Positions 53,861-64,000 of a stretch of DNA of 64,000 nt are shown piece after piece. A program made the position numbers and the translations under genes. The stretch lies in IMG/VR virus record IMGVR_UViG_3300037851_000542, positions 64,001-128,000 of that record; one strand, given 5' to 3'. Position 1 is the first letter of the stretch, and each line of letters begins with the position of its first letter. The notes beneath the pieces are model-generated. The model did no database searches and had not been told where the DNA came from. It saw only the letters and a list, made by a program, of their open reading frames with translations. This DNA is from a virus. Its lineage: Duplodnaviria > Caudoviricetes.

Positions 53861-56694
53861 TACTGTTTATCTGTTCTCATCCATGTTTTTAAATATATAG
53901 TACTGCTACCTGTCTGATTAGATGGTGGAAAAGTATACCTTAAATATACAGACTTAGTATCTCCTGGTTGGGTGTCTTTTAATACTAAAGTATACGGAAA
54001 TTTAACACCTTGGATTATAGCCTGATCTTGTCCAGTACCGTCTGATTTTAAAGTAAATTTAAACTGAGTAAAATCTGTCTTTGGTAATACTATACCATTT
54101 AAAGTATTTATATTCCAAGGAGTACCTGGCACTCCATAGAAAGTATCATCCCTAAATATAGGTGTATAATTAACAACACTGGATGGTATATTTCCAGCCC
54201 TGCTTATAGATAAAGCTTTGTATTTCTCATTTGCTGATACTGTCTGACAAGCGCTAAAAATTTCATAAGTATGGTTTGGTGCCAGTTTTTGAATCTGTAT
54301 GGCTGGAATAACCCCACTTAATATCAACACGCTATTTAAATATAGTCTATACGTTGCGTTAGCCCAATCTATAATTAAACTTACTGGATAGAAATTACCA
54401 GTAGTTAATGAAACTGTGGCACTGCTACTTACAGAACCGTTAAAAAACTTAATAGCCTTTAAAACGCCTCCGGAATCGGTAGAAGCTCCAAACTCAATAT
54501 AAACAGAGTCGTTATCCGTCCTAACCAGAGAGTCTCCATTCCTCTTAGGAGCGTCACCGGATACAAGAGAATCTACGTAAGGGGCTATGTAAAACCTAGA
54601 ATAGTGAGTTGAGTTTAATTGACGGTTGGATGCAGGATTATAAAAGAAATTATACTGCATTACCCCTTGAGTAGAAAATGGAAATTGAAAAGTAGATACA
54701 GCAGAATTAAATGTATTCCCTACATTCTGATGTGATAAAATTAAGGAATTACCACTGACTGAAATACTACTTCCTCCTGTTGTTAAGTTCAAAAACTCTG
54801 TAGTACTTAACGGTACGTTAAAAAGCTGTAAACTGTTTTGACCAGTTGGTTTTGTAGTAAAGCCTCTGACCTCAATGGTTTCTACCCCCAAACTATTAAC
54901 AGCATCTAATACAACCCCATCTTGCTTATCATATTGTATGTAAGGCTGCACAAATAAATTATTATCATCACTTGAGAGTTTGATTGGAGGAGAAGTCCAA
55001 GTACCACTTGTTACACCTAAACCGTTAAAAGTAATTTCATCTACTACTTTTAATATACCTGTTCTTACGCTTATGTTCTCATCAAAGTCTACAGCCAAAA
55101 CTGCCCCATTTTTGCAGACTCCTGCTGCCCCGCATCTCCAAAATGTGCCTAAACTCGGCACAGTAGCAATTGCTTCAGCATCTGTAATAATAGTGTACGA
55201 CGACCAACTTAAATTTGTAACATCGAACTTATAACCAGTATAATTTTCGTTTGGAGACGTACCTGCTGTGTGCAGTATAACCTGATTATGATCAGGGTCT
55301 GATGACAGTCCTCTAATACTAGCTGCATTTGAATTAAAAGCAGTGGCTAAGAATGTCCATAAATTGTTTGTAGGTTCATACTTTAAAAAAAATGGTTGTC
55401 CTGAACCGTCCCTTGTACTTACATATATAGTATTGTCATGACTTATCATTTGAGTTGCTGTTGAATCTGGTGCAATAGGACAGTTTGCTAATTGCGTAAT
55501 AACTGAAGTTATAATGTTTATTTTCCATAATTGGTTAAAGGGCGCTACATTGTAAGTAGTAGATCCTCCCAAAATGTAAAGATCGTTGTTAATTATAGCT
55601 ACTTGCCTAACAGTAGAATTAAAAAAGCCGGAAGTAGTAGCAAATGTAGAAAAACTATTTGCAGAGATTGAATATTTATAAACTAATTGCGTATTTTTTC
55701 CATTTAAAAAATAAATACTATCGTTTTTATCATAAGCTAAGCTGCTTCCATCTCTTTCTCCAGTTAAGACTGTATAAGGTGGTAATCCTGATACTCTTCT
55801 TGTATTAAATATTGGATCAAAAATCTGAATTGATTGATCTAAAAAATTGGCAGTAGCTAATTTTTGAATACCATCTATATCAGTAATTTCTACAATTTGC
55901 TTATTAGTATATGTGTAGTTGTCATTAAAAGAACCACTACTGTAACTTTTTAAACTACCAAGCCCTAATGTACTAAAGTCTACTGGATTATTAAACCATA
56001 GTGCGTTATCCTTTATTTTAAGATTCTTTAAATCTCCTAGTTCCCAAGGGATACTTTCTGGAACACTAATTAAATCATTAAACTGATAAAAAGTACCAGT
56101 AGGTGTAAGACTCAACTCTAGATTTTCTAATACTTCAAATTCTGTATCTGGATCTATGCACACAAAAATATCAGCTATTAAATTTCCACTGTTTGTTATA
56201 GGTATTTCTATAATCTCACTGGTAGAGGTTAATACATCTCCAACTAGAGTTAAATTATCTAAATTGCCGTTTGCTCCAAATCGGATCTCATCGTCAGTAT
56301 TAATAACATTGATTTGATTTACTTGTCCCGAAAACCCTAGGAAACTGTCTATTATTTGAATAAATCTAGGTTCGGTGTACCCTGACTGGGTAGGGCTTAC
56401 TACAACAAAACCCCCTGATACTGAAGGGGCTGCAGAATACATTGAATTTAATGTTCTACCATATTTTATTTGAACCCCTGTAGCAGTTAGTGGTGTATTT
56501 TTATACTGAATTTGATAAATACTAGATTGAGTGCCTAGATCTATGTCTACTCCAACCCTTTGATTAATTACAGGGATTACAGCGTCTGTCAGACTTAATA
56601 TATTGGAAATATCATTAGGTGTGAAGAAATACTGACTTCCAGTTAAAGTAGTATTATAAATTATAGAGCTATCTAGAAGATCAAATTTAGTCAT
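53860..56694 (-). CDS. virion structural protein with Kelch-like beta-propeller
   Basis: Repeats AYDKNDSIYFLNG, NNDLYILGG, DNTIYV, KYEPTNNLWTFLA. Confidence 0.75.
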   Translation of the reverse strand: MTKFDLLDSSIIYNTTLTGSQYFFTPNDISNILSLTDAVIPVINQRVGVDIDLGTQSSIYQIQYKNTPLTATGVQIKYGRTLNSMYSAAPSVSGGFVVVSPTQSGYTEPRFIQIIDSFLGFSGQVNQINVINTDDEIRFGANGNLDNLTLVGDVLTSTSEIIEIPITNSGNLIADIFVCIDPDTEFEVLENLELSLTPTGTFYQFNDLISVPESIPWELGDLKNLKIKDNALWFNNPVDFSTLGLGSLKSYSSGSFNDNYTYTNKQIVEITDIDGIQKLATANFLDQSIQIFDPIFNTRRVSGLPPYTVLTGERDGSSLAYDKNDSIYFLNGKNTQLVYKYSISANSFSTFATTSGFFNSTVRQVAIINNDLYILGGSTTYNVAPFNQLWKINIITSVITQLANCPIAPDSTATQMISHDNTIYVSTRDGSGQPFFLKYEPTNNLWTFLATAFNSNAASIRGLSSDPDHNQVILHTAGTSPNENYTGYKFDVTNLSWSSYTIITDAEAIATVPSLGTFWRCGAAGVCKNGAVLAVDFDENISVRTGILKVVDEITFNGLGVTSGTWTSPPIKLSSDDNNLFVQPYIQYDKQDGVVLDAVNSLGVETIEVRGFTTKPTGQNSLQLFNVPLSTTEFLNLTTGGSSISVSGNSLILSHQNVGNTFNSAVSTFQFPFSTQGVMQYNFFYNPASNRQLNSTHYSRFYIAPYVDSLVSGDAPKRNGDSLVRTDNDSVYIEFGASTDSGGVLKAIKFFNGSVSSSATVSLTTGNFYPVSLIIDWANATYRLYLNSVLILSGVIPAIQIQKLAPNHTYEIFSACQTVSANEKYKALSISRAGNIPSSVVNYTPIFRDDTFYGVPGTPWNINTLNGIVLPKTDFTQFKFTLKSDGTGQDQAIIQGVKFPYTLVLKDTQPGDTKSVYLRYTFPPSNQTGSSTIYLKTWMRTDKQ

Positions 56695-59600
56695 TATTTA
56701 AGCGTCCACCTAGTGGTTAAAAATAGCTCTCTTAATAAATTTTCACGATTTATAGGGAAATTTATTTTTATATATACAGTAACTTTTTCTCCCTGCTCTA
56801 TACCATAAAATTTAAATGGGATATTTAAATCATCTATATTATAAAACGTTACATTGTCTATTGATAATAATACATTATCTCTTATATGTCTAATTTTATT
56901 AAAATCTATCTTTTTAGGTATACTGGAATATAGTATATTCTCTATTCCACCAGTAAGGCTTTTAACCTCAGCGGAAAGGTATGTAGCAGTTATACCATTA
57001 TAGAAATCAGATGAGGAGAAGGACACACTGGAAAGAGGGGATATACCTCCTATAATAAGATTGCTATTTTTACTGTTTTCACTAAACCAAGGTTGATTAA
57101 AGTCCATAATAAACTCATCGTCTATATAAAAAATAACATTAGCTGAGTTTTTTATGTCGTTTATATTTCCATCAGCAGACCAAGACACTGCTAATTTAAA
57201 TGGTGTAAATGGTTTAATTTTATTTATATACCCTATATTATAGTTGTATTTTAAATCGGCGTTATTGGTAAACACAAATTTAAATCCAAAGCGAGAATGA
57301 TAAAATAGATTTAAAGATTCATTTAAATTATTAGCTATTGTAAATATTGTAAAGGCTTCTTCCTGTTTATATGTAGTCCTGCCCAGTTTATTCCAATCGG
57401 GTGTTACTATAGCTTCAAAGTAACCTTGATTTAAATTAACATTAGTTATTGGAAAAAATAACAGCTCAGAGTTATTTAAATACAAAGTTTTATTAAATTT
57501 ACTCTGAATGTTAAAGTCTTCTCTTACAATATTAAAGTTATCTATCCATACATTTATAGGGGCTGGTGTTGTAGACACAGGTTTTAATGCTATTTCAAAA
57601 TACTCTATAGGTCCTGTTTTAAAGTCGGTTGTGGTTTCTAAATCTATTACTGATGGTGTACTTAAATTTAAGTCTCCAAAAGATTGTTCGTCCGCTAATC
57701 TAAATTTTAACTTAACTAACTCAAAGCTATTTGTATTAATTCCACTAACTGAAGATAATGACCACTTATAGAATTCTTCTGAATTTTTACCTAATTTTAT
57801 ATAGGAGTTTGACCAGTCCATTAAATCGGAATCAGCTCTAATATAAAAAGACAGGTAATCCTGAAATGACCATAAAGGGTCATTGCTTATAGGAAAGGTA
57901 CCATAGCAACTAGCAATACCACTATTTAAGGTAGGGTAAGTTAATTTTAAAGACCTTCTTCCACCAACCCTATTAGCATAATCTGAGGATAAGGTTAATT
58001 TAGGAATAGCTTCGTCCGGTGCTTTAAATATTTTAAAGTTATTTAAAGTTATGCTGCTATTATCTGGATCTTGAGACTGTGACTCTGTTATTAATAGTCT
58101 TGCTCCTGACACTACTATAGGTTCTGTGAAGTAGTGAATATAGGGCAAAGAGTTATTAAAAAAGAATTCATTGTCAGTGCCTCCAGACGTTACCAGATCT
58201 GTTTCTGTAAAAAAATCAAGCCACGAAGTATTAGAGTTTGGGTCTTGTCCTGTAAGTGTTTGAAACTTTATAGTGTTAGGTAAGGACTCACTGCTCCCCT
58301 CTACCTGAAACTGGAAACCAATGATACTGACAGGATCATAGTTTATAGTTGTTGTAGAGGACGTAGTGATTAAATCGTACGGTACTCCATTTTCATTCTC
58401 AAATGTTTGAGATCCTGAGCTTACTATGCCACTCGGCGTTCCAAATACTCTCCATAGAAAACCAGTTGAGCCTGACATAGTAGTGTAGGTATTTTCCTCA
58501 CCATCAAACACCGCTAAAGGTGAACTGATCTCTTGTAAGACACTATCTGCGCCTGAAGTAGTACTGTAAAGTATTCCATTATAGTTTCGGTCTATGTCTT
58601 TTATAATTGCTATGTCTATTAGCTCAGGTGCGCCTGACACATTAAACCATTCTGGAAATTCTGTAAAATCTACCCTATCCGTATAAGTATAAAATCCGTC
58701 ACTACGCAAATCTAAGGTACTTGCTATAAACTGAGAAGCTTCATACTTAGGACTGTTTATAATACCCCCACTAACAGTAAAGTTTTCATTTTTAAAAGCG
58801 AACCATTTAGCCGTACTTATAACTTTAGAATCTTTATTGTAGTCTGACCATTGTCCCCACTCTATAAGGTTAGGATCTTCTTGCCAAGAATTTACTAGTA
58901 TATACTCTGAAGAGCCTCCCCATCCGGTAAAAGCATTAGAGCCTTTTTTAAATTCTACATTATTCTTATCAACTAGTTTATAGTCCCCTATGCTGAAAGA
59001 CTCTGCTAATCTTATAGATATTATAGGGTATTCTGTTTGTGTAATATAAGTATTTAAATTGTTATCTGACAGTATGTTGCCTAAATCTTTCCAAATTAAT
59101 GGGTTTTTATAAGGTAATGATATATCTGGGTATATTCGCAAAGCCTCTAAATATTTGATGCCTGTAGTGGTAGTAGGAGTCTCTTCAAATAAAACCCATC
59201 TAACTTTGTTTATTGTTGTGTTGCCCCAAGTAACCTGAGACACATCTGGTGTATCAGAATCAGAGAACTGTACTCTATTTTTGTCCCAAAGAAGTTTATT
59301 AGTATTACTATAAATATTTAAAATATCTAAAGAAGTCGTATTTTCAAGATCAATTGCAGCTACGGTAGTTTGTTGAGTAGGATACACAGATGAGTTTGTT
59401 ATATTAGTCTCACCATTGTTTCCAGTAAGATTAAAAGAGGGTTGAAAGTTTATAACTCTACTAGTTTCATAACTACTACTGCCCCCAAAAAAGAAATGCT
59501 TTATGTTAACGTTTGTAGCGGTACTGCTAGCAGTTCCATCCTTACTCCAAACATTTCCAACTACAATCTTTAATTGTCCAATTAAACTTAATGAGTTTAA

Positions 59601-62600
59601 ATCAATTTCATAAAATTCATTTCCTGCCCATTCTAGTTCGCCTTGTTTAGCTCCGTTGACAGCATCAGCATATGAAAACCTTAAAACATCAACACCACTT
59701 AGAGGATTAAATATTCTTTCTAAGTTTAAAGTATAGTCAGTTAAATTAGAACTAATTCCATCTTTAGTAATACCGTTTGGACAGTAAGTAGGACCGGATA
59801 AGCAGAACATTAACTCATTGTCTATTTCACCAGACAAACTATCTATAATCCTATAATGGTGCCAATTTCTGGTTATTGAGGCTGCAGACCAATAAGCCCT
59901 ATCGCTAATTATATAAATCATTCTTCCTGTAGAATCTGTAATGCCAACAAAAGACCCTATAGACCCTGAATCACTTCCAACATTGTAGTTGGCAATAATC
60001 CTTGCATTAAAACTTCCTGTTATGTGCCAATTAGACCTTAAAATTGCAAAAATAGGATTAGTAGGTGAGCCTGTCGGTCCTGGATCTGGTTCCAGTTTAA
60101 ATCCTGGTGCTGTACGCTTTATTCCTAACTGAGGATAGTTAGTGCCCAGTACCGTCCACTTTGATCCGTCTATAAAATTGTAAATAAAAGAATCAGATTC
60201 TGTTAGATATTCGTAGGCTTTGTATATTTTCTTATTTGCTGCTAAATTTATTAGTCCAAAAGTTTTAGCATTTATAGCCACATTGTCAGAAACATAAAGT
60301 GACTTATCTGAGTCCTTATACAGTATACCTGGTGGTCCTATTTCTGGAACTAATATGTCGTTTAAAGTATTAGCAGAAGTTTTTAACAAGATTGAGTCTG
60401 TTCTAAGATCTTTTCCTATGTTTATCTCTAAATCAGACGTATTACAAGTATTATTAACTATGTCTACTTCATATGTTTCAGAAAAGCCACTTATAATAGG
60501 CTCAATGTCTAACACATCTACGCACAGATTATCATTTTTATATAAAATTAAATCATCCAGTGGGGAAGCATATATGGAGCTAAGTTCCAGTGTGCTACTT
60601 GGAAAAGTCCTTAATCTTATATACTTAATAGGCTTATGTATTAAAAAGGAAACCGTATTATCTTCTAATACCTCATAAGGTGCTTTAAAAAATAACTGAT
60701 CTTCACCTGCTACAAAAAGCTCTAATACATCTTCTAAGTTTATATCTACTAACGTTTCTGCAAATAACTCTATCTCACTTATCTTTGTAGACTTGTGAGC
60801 TATACATCCAAAATTAAAAGCCGTTGTTTCAACTGGTGTAAATTCTTTTTCAAGTACATTATACGGAAATCTTCTATAGAACTCATAAGCAATGACCGCA
60901 TCTAGATCTTGATTGTTTAAAAAACCATCATAGGTTTTAAAAAAATGTCTATATAAAGCCTCGTTAGTATTTAAATTTTCTTTTAGTAATGTAGTTTTAT
61001 CTAGACTTACCTTAGTGTATTCTATTTTATCACCTAGTCCTATTATGTGAAACAAGTTGGAACTGCCATCCCCATTAAGTAAATTTGAGTCTAGATACTC
61101 AAAATAATAACCTTCACTGTGTGGAAACTCTTTAAAATAAATCTTAACTTTGGATATAGTTACTGGACTGTTCCAGTTAAAATTAAGTGAATAGGGATCG
61201 TCTTCAAATTCAGAAAGCTCTATATGCAAGATGTTAGAAGCAAACTCCTCTGTATCTACCCACTCACCGTCTCCGCTAATATAAAAATAAGTCGAGCTAT
61301 TAGAGTTTTGTTCAAAGCTACCTACTACCCCATTTGATGCATACTTATTACCGTCATAAATAGCATTTAAATTGTATCCAACATTATTATGCGTAAGTGT
61401 GAGGATATCCCCAGTGCTTGTATTTTCTACTCTGTGTTTATGCGTGCCAGAAACAGAAGCGCTAACATTCAGTCCGTTTCCTGCGGATGTTAAAAGATTA
61501 TAAGTTCTATTTTCAGATCTGTGTCTACCTTTTATTTCTATATTTTCTATGGCTGATTCTACTGGAAGTTCTAGGTCTATTACTGCTACATTTTGTATTT
61601 TACTGGATCTACCGTATAGACCAATACCAAAAATATTATTACCTTTCGGTATATTTAAAGAGTTAATAGTATCAGTTACTTCTCCTTGAACTTCCAAATA
61701 TGTGGCTTCTAAAAGGTATATATCATTAGCCCCTCCATATAGGGTACTAGGGTTATAGATACCTATCATATCACCTTTATTAAGGTACCAGTTAACTTCT
61801 AATCTATAGGTATCTGGTGAGGTTGTATACAAAACCCCGTTTTCTTGGACGCCTATTATCTGCTCATTAAGTAAAGTTAAATTACCACTAATGTTAGGTC
61901 TAAAGTGTTTTAATTTAGCTGTATTAGAGATAGAGTACTCTAAGTTACTAGCAAAAAATAAATTAACACTATCGTCTAAAAATATATCGTTTCCTACAAC
62001 CCTGTCAATTACATAAGTACCATTACTAACATAACCAGATGTGTTAATAATTAATAAATCACCCTTTACTATATTAACGCTAGTTATATCGGAGTTTGTA
62101 AGTGAAAATATGTTTGTATGTGCAAAGCCGTCCGATCCTTCTAGTTTCACTCCAATGGAGTTTGGAAGGACTCCGTGAAAATAAACTTCATCAATGAAAC
62201 CTTCACTGGTAGCTCTATTTAAAAAATCTACAAATGTTTTTCCAGACCCGTCTATCTCTACTCTTCTGCTTAGTGTTTCAGCAGAGGGGGACCCGATTTC
62301 TACGGAAGGTACTTGTGGACTTTGAATAAAATATGCATTTTTATCTTCTGAGGTTTTTTCTTTTTTTAAGTTTTCCAGTAAGTACGCTTTTTCCCTAAAG
62401 CTATTATTAAAATTAAATCCAGCAGCGTGAGGTCTTCCAACTTCGGCTACATAATTAGAAAAACCTAATTGATTACTCAATTGGGTAGGTTGTAATACTA
62501 CTGAACTTGTAGAACCATAAGTACCTGATTTTATTGTAAAAGTTCCATCTTTTAATATAACTTCTGCATTAACATAACCACCAAGATCGATACTAGATAT

Positions 62601-63929
62601 ATTAGTTTGTAATAGCGTCCTTAAATCATCTAAAGACAACGCTAAAGTTTGCGGTAATTTAAATACAGCGTCACCATAGTTATCTATGTTGACAACTAGT
62701 GTATCATTAATACCTTCTAAAATATCTAACCGATCAAAAGATAAGGGTTCTCCTGTAATATAACCTTGTTGACCTATTCCGGTACAGACATTAGCATCTA
62801 ATACTTCAATAATTAAAAAGTCATCGCAGTAGGTACTTGAACCTGTTTCTAAAGTCTCCAGTGAAAAACCCTCGATAGGTCCTGAATAAACCTTTGGTAC
62901 CTTATTATCTACCAATTCGCCATTGATTGTTACGGAAAAAACATTACTGGAAATATCTATATTTATAAAAATATCATACCATTTTCCGTATTCGTAGATG
63001 AATGGAACTTCGAAGTTTAAAAATGTATTTAAAATAGATTTATATTTTATGCGCAAATCCGAATCAAAGAGTAACTCTATTGCGGAGTAGCTACTAATAA
63101 CACTTGTTAAAAGTTTAAGCACTGACCTACCACTTTCTGGTCTTAACTTTGCAGAAAAGTATCCTTTAATTAATGGTTGAGGTAGTGTATAGACTGCTCT
63201 TGGTCCATTTAGTGAAGGGTGTGAGTTATTAAGCAAAACAGAGGCGTCTAATAAATTAGAAGGATTGTTTACTACCTTTACTGTTCTTTCTACACTTGAT
63301 AAGGCTAATGAAAACTCTGATGGACTATTGTTTAAATCAGCCAGTGAAAAGCTAGAGATATATCTGACTTCTTCTGTTTGATTTTCACAGCTATCCAAAC
63401 ATATGGTAAAACTAGAAGATTGTATTTTAATAAACTCTAGAAATATAGAATCGTTGTTACCTCCATCTATTGCAAAAAATAACTTTATATTAGATATTAA
63501 ACCTACCCAAGTTGATACAGGTCCCATATCGAGATTGTATGTATGCCAACTTCCATCCGAAATTAAGTCAAAGGTTATAGATTTTGTGTCAGTAAATGCT
63601 GGATCCGAGGTTGTTGTAAATTGTAACTTACCTAAAGAAGCAGAGGTACTATCATTATACTTACTATATTTATATCTAAAGGATACTTGGGTGTACTGTG
63701 CGGAATCAAAACTTACTAAGTTCTGTGACCTAGTTATAGAAGGAGAAAAACCAGACGAGTTTAAAAATAAAAATCTTCCAGATACACCGTACATTGATAC
63801 ATTTTCTAAAAAATCCCACCCTTTAAGGTCGCGTTCAGTATCAAAAATAGAATAATGTATTATATTCTCATTCTCTTTACATACGTTGGCGTTACGTATT
63901 ATTGCGTTACTTAATACGTTCTTTTTCAA
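56694..63929 (-). CDS. giant (2411 aa) virion structural protein with beta-sandwich/LamG-like domains
   Basis: Uninterrupted 7.2 kb ORF; N-terminal DGSWHTYNLDM...W.GLI..I carbohydrate-binding-like module; C-terminal QGYFEAIVTPDW...FKLAVSW...FYIDD...LIIGG LamG-like region. Confidence 0.8.
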   Translation of the reverse strand: MKKNVLSNAIIRNANVCKENENIIHYSIFDTERDLKGWDFLENVSMYGVSGRFLFLNSSGFSPSITRSQNLVSFDSAQYTQVSFRYKYSKYNDSTSASLGKLQFTTTSDPAFTDTKSITFDLISDGSWHTYNLDMGPVSTWVGLISNIKLFFAIDGGNNDSIFLEFIKIQSSSFTICLDSCENQTEEVRYISSFSLADLNNSPSEFSLALSSVERTVKVVNNPSNLLDASVLLNNSHPSLNGPRAVYTLPQPLIKGYFSAKLRPESGRSVLKLLTSVISSYSAIELLFDSDLRIKYKSILNTFLNFEVPFIYEYGKWYDIFINIDISSNVFSVTINGELVDNKVPKVYSGPIEGFSLETLETGSSTYCDDFLIIEVLDANVCTGIGQQGYITGEPLSFDRLDILEGINDTLVVNIDNYGDAVFKLPQTLALSLDDLRTLLQTNISSIDLGGYVNAEVILKDGTFTIKSGTYGSTSSVVLQPTQLSNQLGFSNYVAEVGRPHAAGFNFNNSFREKAYLLENLKKEKTSEDKNAYFIQSPQVPSVEIGSPSAETLSRRVEIDGSGKTFVDFLNRATSEGFIDEVYFHGVLPNSIGVKLEGSDGFAHTNIFSLTNSDITSVNIVKGDLLIINTSGYVSNGTYVIDRVVGNDIFLDDSVNLFFASNLEYSISNTAKLKHFRPNISGNLTLLNEQIIGVQENGVLYTTSPDTYRLEVNWYLNKGDMIGIYNPSTLYGGANDIYLLEATYLEVQGEVTDTINSLNIPKGNNIFGIGLYGRSSKIQNVAVIDLELPVESAIENIEIKGRHRSENRTYNLLTSAGNGLNVSASVSGTHKHRVENTSTGDILTLTHNNVGYNLNAIYDGNKYASNGVVGSFEQNSNSSTYFYISGDGEWVDTEEFASNILHIELSEFEDDPYSLNFNWNSPVTISKVKIYFKEFPHSEGYYFEYLDSNLLNGDGSSNLFHIIGLGDKIEYTKVSLDKTTLLKENLNTNEALYRHFFKTYDGFLNNQDLDAVIAYEFYRRFPYNVLEKEFTPVETTAFNFGCIAHKSTKISEIELFAETLVDINLEDVLELFVAGEDQLFFKAPYEVLEDNTVSFLIHKPIKYIRLRTFPSSTLELSSIYASPLDDLILYKNDNLCVDVLDIEPIISGFSETYEVDIVNNTCNTSDLEINIGKDLRTDSILLKTSANTLNDILVPEIGPPGILYKDSDKSLYVSDNVAINAKTFGLINLAANKKIYKAYEYLTESDSFIYNFIDGSKWTVLGTNYPQLGIKRTAPGFKLEPDPGPTGSPTNPIFAILRSNWHITGSFNARIIANYNVGSDSGSIGSFVGITDSTGRMIYIISDRAYWSAASITRNWHHYRIIDSLSGEIDNELMFCLSGPTYCPNGITKDGISSNLTDYTLNLERIFNPLSGVDVLRFSYADAVNGAKQGELEWAGNEFYEIDLNSLSLIGQLKIVVGNVWSKDGTASSTATNVNIKHFFFGGSSSYETSRVINFQPSFNLTGNNGETNITNSSVYPTQQTTVAAIDLENTTSLDILNIYSNTNKLLWDKNRVQFSDSDTPDVSQVTWGNTTINKVRWVLFEETPTTTTGIKYLEALRIYPDISLPYKNPLIWKDLGNILSDNNLNTYITQTEYPIISIRLAESFSIGDYKLVDKNNVEFKKGSNAFTGWGGSSEYILVNSWQEDPNLIEWGQWSDYNKDSKVISTAKWFAFKNENFTVSGGIINSPKYEASQFIASTLDLRSDGFYTYTDRVDFTEFPEWFNVSGAPELIDIAIIKDIDRNYNGILYSTTSGADSVLQEISSPLAVFDGEENTYTTMSGSTGFLWRVFGTPSGIVSSGSQTFENENGVPYDLITTSSTTTINYDPVSIIGFQFQVEGSSESLPNTIKFQTLTGQDPNSNTSWLDFFTETDLVTSGGTDNEFFFNNSLPYIHYFTEPIVVSGARLLITESQSQDPDNSSITLNNFKIFKAPDEAIPKLTLSSDYANRVGGRRSLKLTYPTLNSGIASCYGTFPISNDPLWSFQDYLSFYIRADSDLMDWSNSYIKLGKNSEEFYKWSLSSVSGINTNSFELVKLKFRLADEQSFGDLNLSTPSVIDLETTTDFKTGPIEYFEIALKPVSTTPAPINVWIDNFNIVREDFNIQSKFNKTLYLNNSELLFFPITNVNLNQGYFEAIVTPDWNKLGRTTYKQEEAFTIFTIANNLNESLNLFYHSRFGFKFVFTNNADLKYNYNIGYINKIKPFTPFKLAVSWSADGNINDIKNSANVIFYIDDEFIMDFNQPWFSENSKNSNLIIGGISPLSSVSFSSSDFYNGITATYLSAEVKSLTGGIENILYSSIPKKIDFNKIRHIRDNVLLSIDNVTFYNIDDLNIPFKFYGIEQGEKVTVYIKINFPINRENLLRELFLTTRWTLK

Positions 63930-63999
63930 TGTACTTGATTAAATCCTTTATTACAGGATTCTGCTCCAGATTTTTATTTTTTAAAACTTCTTCTATGTT
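63907..63999 (-). CDS. 3' end of a CDS entering from the right edge (partial)
   Basis: NIEEVLKNKNLEQNPVIKDLIKYIEKERIK*, stop at 63909-63907, overlapping the next gene's start. Confidence 0.5.
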   Translation of the reverse strand, partial: NIEEVLKNKNLEQNPVIKDLIKYIEKERIK

Positions 64000-64000
64000 C

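Noticed and set aside
42498-63855. Short plus-strand ORFs inside the minus-strand replication and structural operons (e.g. 42498..42719, 42925..43194, 50311..50601, 54980..55234, 60355..60678, 63403..63855)
   Set aside because: All are antisense to long, motif-supported or tightly coupled genes and have no independent signals.

Overview
This 64 kb window is a low-GC (roughly 30% by eye), densely coding segment of a large tailed dsDNA bacteriophage, probably jumbo-class. It uses the standard genetic code, and I found no tRNA, rRNA or CRISPR array. In order, it contains: (i) accessory genes, including a secreted Pro/Thr-repeat protein, a phospholipase-A2-like protein and a divergent ribosomal protein uS2 homologue; (ii) a late block with two tail fibres carrying S74 chaperone domains, an SSB, a GH19 endolysin, a holin-like protein and, inside the lysis region, a histidine kinase - response regulator - PAS histidine kinase cassette; (iii) a phage sigma70-family factor, an amber-interrupted TnpB and a Dam-like methylase; (iv) a Rad52-like annealase, a ClpB-like ATPase, an intein-containing GDP-mannose 4,6-dehydratase and a dUTPase; (v) a minus-strand replication/recombination cluster (family A DNA polymerase, glycosyltransferase, Cas4/RecB-like nuclease, RuvC, DnaJ, primase, DnaB, RecA, probable sliding clamp); (vi) an operon of large virion proteins. 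The most unusual elements are the phage uS2 and the two-component cassette. Several enzyme homologues have lost catalytic residues, and two candidate promoter motifs recur. All annotations come from motif recognition by eye; no database searches were run.
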